Of a stretch of DNA of 31,264 bases, positions 30,231-31,264 are shown one piece after another. The stretch's first letter is position 1. Each line of letters opens with the position of its first letter. The position numbers and the translations under genes are program-made. Source of the DNA: an uncultured Flavobacteriales bacterium. Lineage in GTDB: Bacteria; Bacteroidota; Bacteroidia; Flavobacteriales_D; Sanyastnellaceae. The stretch covers positions 1-31,264 of the forward strand of contig CAXDQP010000001.1 of the NCBI GenBank assembly GCA_963991335.1, given 5' to 3'. The notes beneath the pieces are model-generated. The model was not told where the DNA came from. It did not search any database and was given only the letters and a program-made list of their open reading frames with translations.

Positions 30231-31262
30231 TCAATTGACCCATTCAAAGGTAAGGCCAAATCGCACCATGCGTCCCGGCTGCAGCACTTGACCTCGGTCC
30301 GCAAATTGCACGTCAAAGAGGTTGTCCAATCGGACGCTCCCCTTCCAGCGCAGTGATGCCCCGTCGTTCCCTTGAAAGTTGATGTCAGCACCCCACAAAT
30401 GCGTGAACAGATCCTGCGAAATCGTGGATTGTACATTGCGGTTTTGAGCGCTTCCTCTTACTGAGAAATCCAACGGGCCAGCGGTTCCGAAATTCACCAT
30501 CAGATCGTATTTATTGCGCATGTAGTCAAACACATAATTCGAAGTGAATCCAGAAGCCACACGGTTCGCTTCCAGCCAAGCCGCTCCCAAGCGCAGAGAA
30601 CGCAGGTACAGCTGTTCCGGTGCGTCAGCGCGCTGATAAAGCATGGACAGGTCGCCTCCGAAAAAATCAACCTCTGCAACGTTTGTCGCTTCATAGAGGT
30701 CGCTCCCGTCAAATTGCACCCAATCAATCAGGTCGCGCCCTTGCCGAATGAATCGAGTCGTTTCAATGGAAAATTGATGGGCTGATTGAGACGATGAGAT
30801 ATTCCGGCGGGCGCCAAGCTCACCTTGGTCGGCGTATTCTGATATCAAGTCTTCGCTTCCAACGGCGCCGCCCAAAGTGTAATACAAATCCGTGAAAGAA
30901 GGATGCCGAACAGAGCGCCCGGCCGAGCCAAAGACCACAATTTGATCCCCTGCTCCAAATGCCATTCGCGCGTTCACAGCAGGCAGGAGGGAATTTCCAA
31001 AACGGCTATTTTCATTGACAGCCATCGTTGCTGTCACAGCCAGCCGATCTGCCAATCCGAAATACTTTCCCGAAACATAGGCGTCGACATTCAACCGATC
31101 GTCTGCATAGCCATACGCTGTATCCCCTTCAACGGCCAACCCGAGGCGATTGCTTCGAATGGATTCCGTCCGCGCATCAAATGCGGCTGTCCACATCACA
31201 GCATCACCTAACCAACTGAGCCGACCATTCACTGCTCCTACAAGTGAACGGCGCAAATTCGC
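30231..31262 (-). CDS. TonB-dependent outer-membrane receptor, C-terminal barrel only (5'-truncated by the window edge)
   Basis: GRSVRHPSFTDLYY, DLIDWV and DNLFDVQF....QPGRMVRFGLTFEW, with amphipathic beta strands. The frame is open to the window end. Confidence 0.82.
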   Translation of the reverse strand, partial: ANLRRSLVGAVNGRLSWLGDAVMWTAAFDARTESIRSNRLGLAVEGDTAYGYADDRLNVDAYVSGKYFGLADRLAVTATMAVNENSRFGNSLLPAVNARMAFGAGDQIVVFGSAGRSVRHPSFTDLYYTLGGAVGSEDLISEYADQGELGARRNISSSQSAHQFSIETTRFIRQGRDLIDWVQFDGSDLYEATNVAEVDFFGGDLSMLYQRADAPEQLYLRSLRLGAAWLEANRVASGFTSNYVFDYMRNKYDLMVNFGTAGPLDFSVRGSAQNRNVQSTISQDLFTHLWGADINFQGNDGASLRWKGSVRLDNLFDVQFADRGQVLQPGRMVRFGLTFEWVN

Positions 31263-31264
31263 CC

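Noticed and set aside
30203-30436. Upstream extension of the PGI/PMI ORF (apparent same-strand overlap)
   Set aside because: This stretch is the recognisable C-terminal barrel of the TonB receptor in another frame, and the extension has no recognisable motif.

Overview
A densely packed, almost entirely coding 31-kb housekeeping segment of a Bacteroidota genome. The gene families and the recurring TAnnTT(T/C)G -7 promoter boxes point to a Flavobacteriales-like organism; that assignment is inference. I count 29 protein-coding genes, and the first and last are cut by the window edges. They comprise a TlpA-like thioredoxin, pepP, a RidA(2-aminomuconate deaminase-like)-DUF3108-tryptophan 2,3-dioxygenase-M23 peptidase cluster, a six-gene suf operon, ftsX-DUF3098-uppP-lipoprotein, a Tat/lipoprotein-type Mn-like SOD, an AsmA-like protein, rsmI, radA, a 1210-aa nidogen-like T9SS type-B surface protein, lepA, rlmN, a LytTR regulator, a serine hydrolase, lipB, an SIS-type PGI/PMI and a TonB-dependent receptor. 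I found no tRNA, rRNA, CRISPR array, mobile element or defence system. The main anomaly is that two otherwise intact genes (lepA codon 25 and the M23 peptidase codon 147) each contain a single in-frame TAG, and in lepA it falls at a position that is normally Leu/Ile. Sequence error or nonsense mutation is the simplest explanation. Amber readthrough or recoding is testable, but three genes in the window appear to end at TAG, which argues against full reassignment. Secondary signals are -7 boxes only 4-6 nt before ATG (near-leaderless mRNAs), promoters built into upstream TAA stops, a palindrome at the suf promoter and a His-to-Cys change at an M23 zinc ligand.
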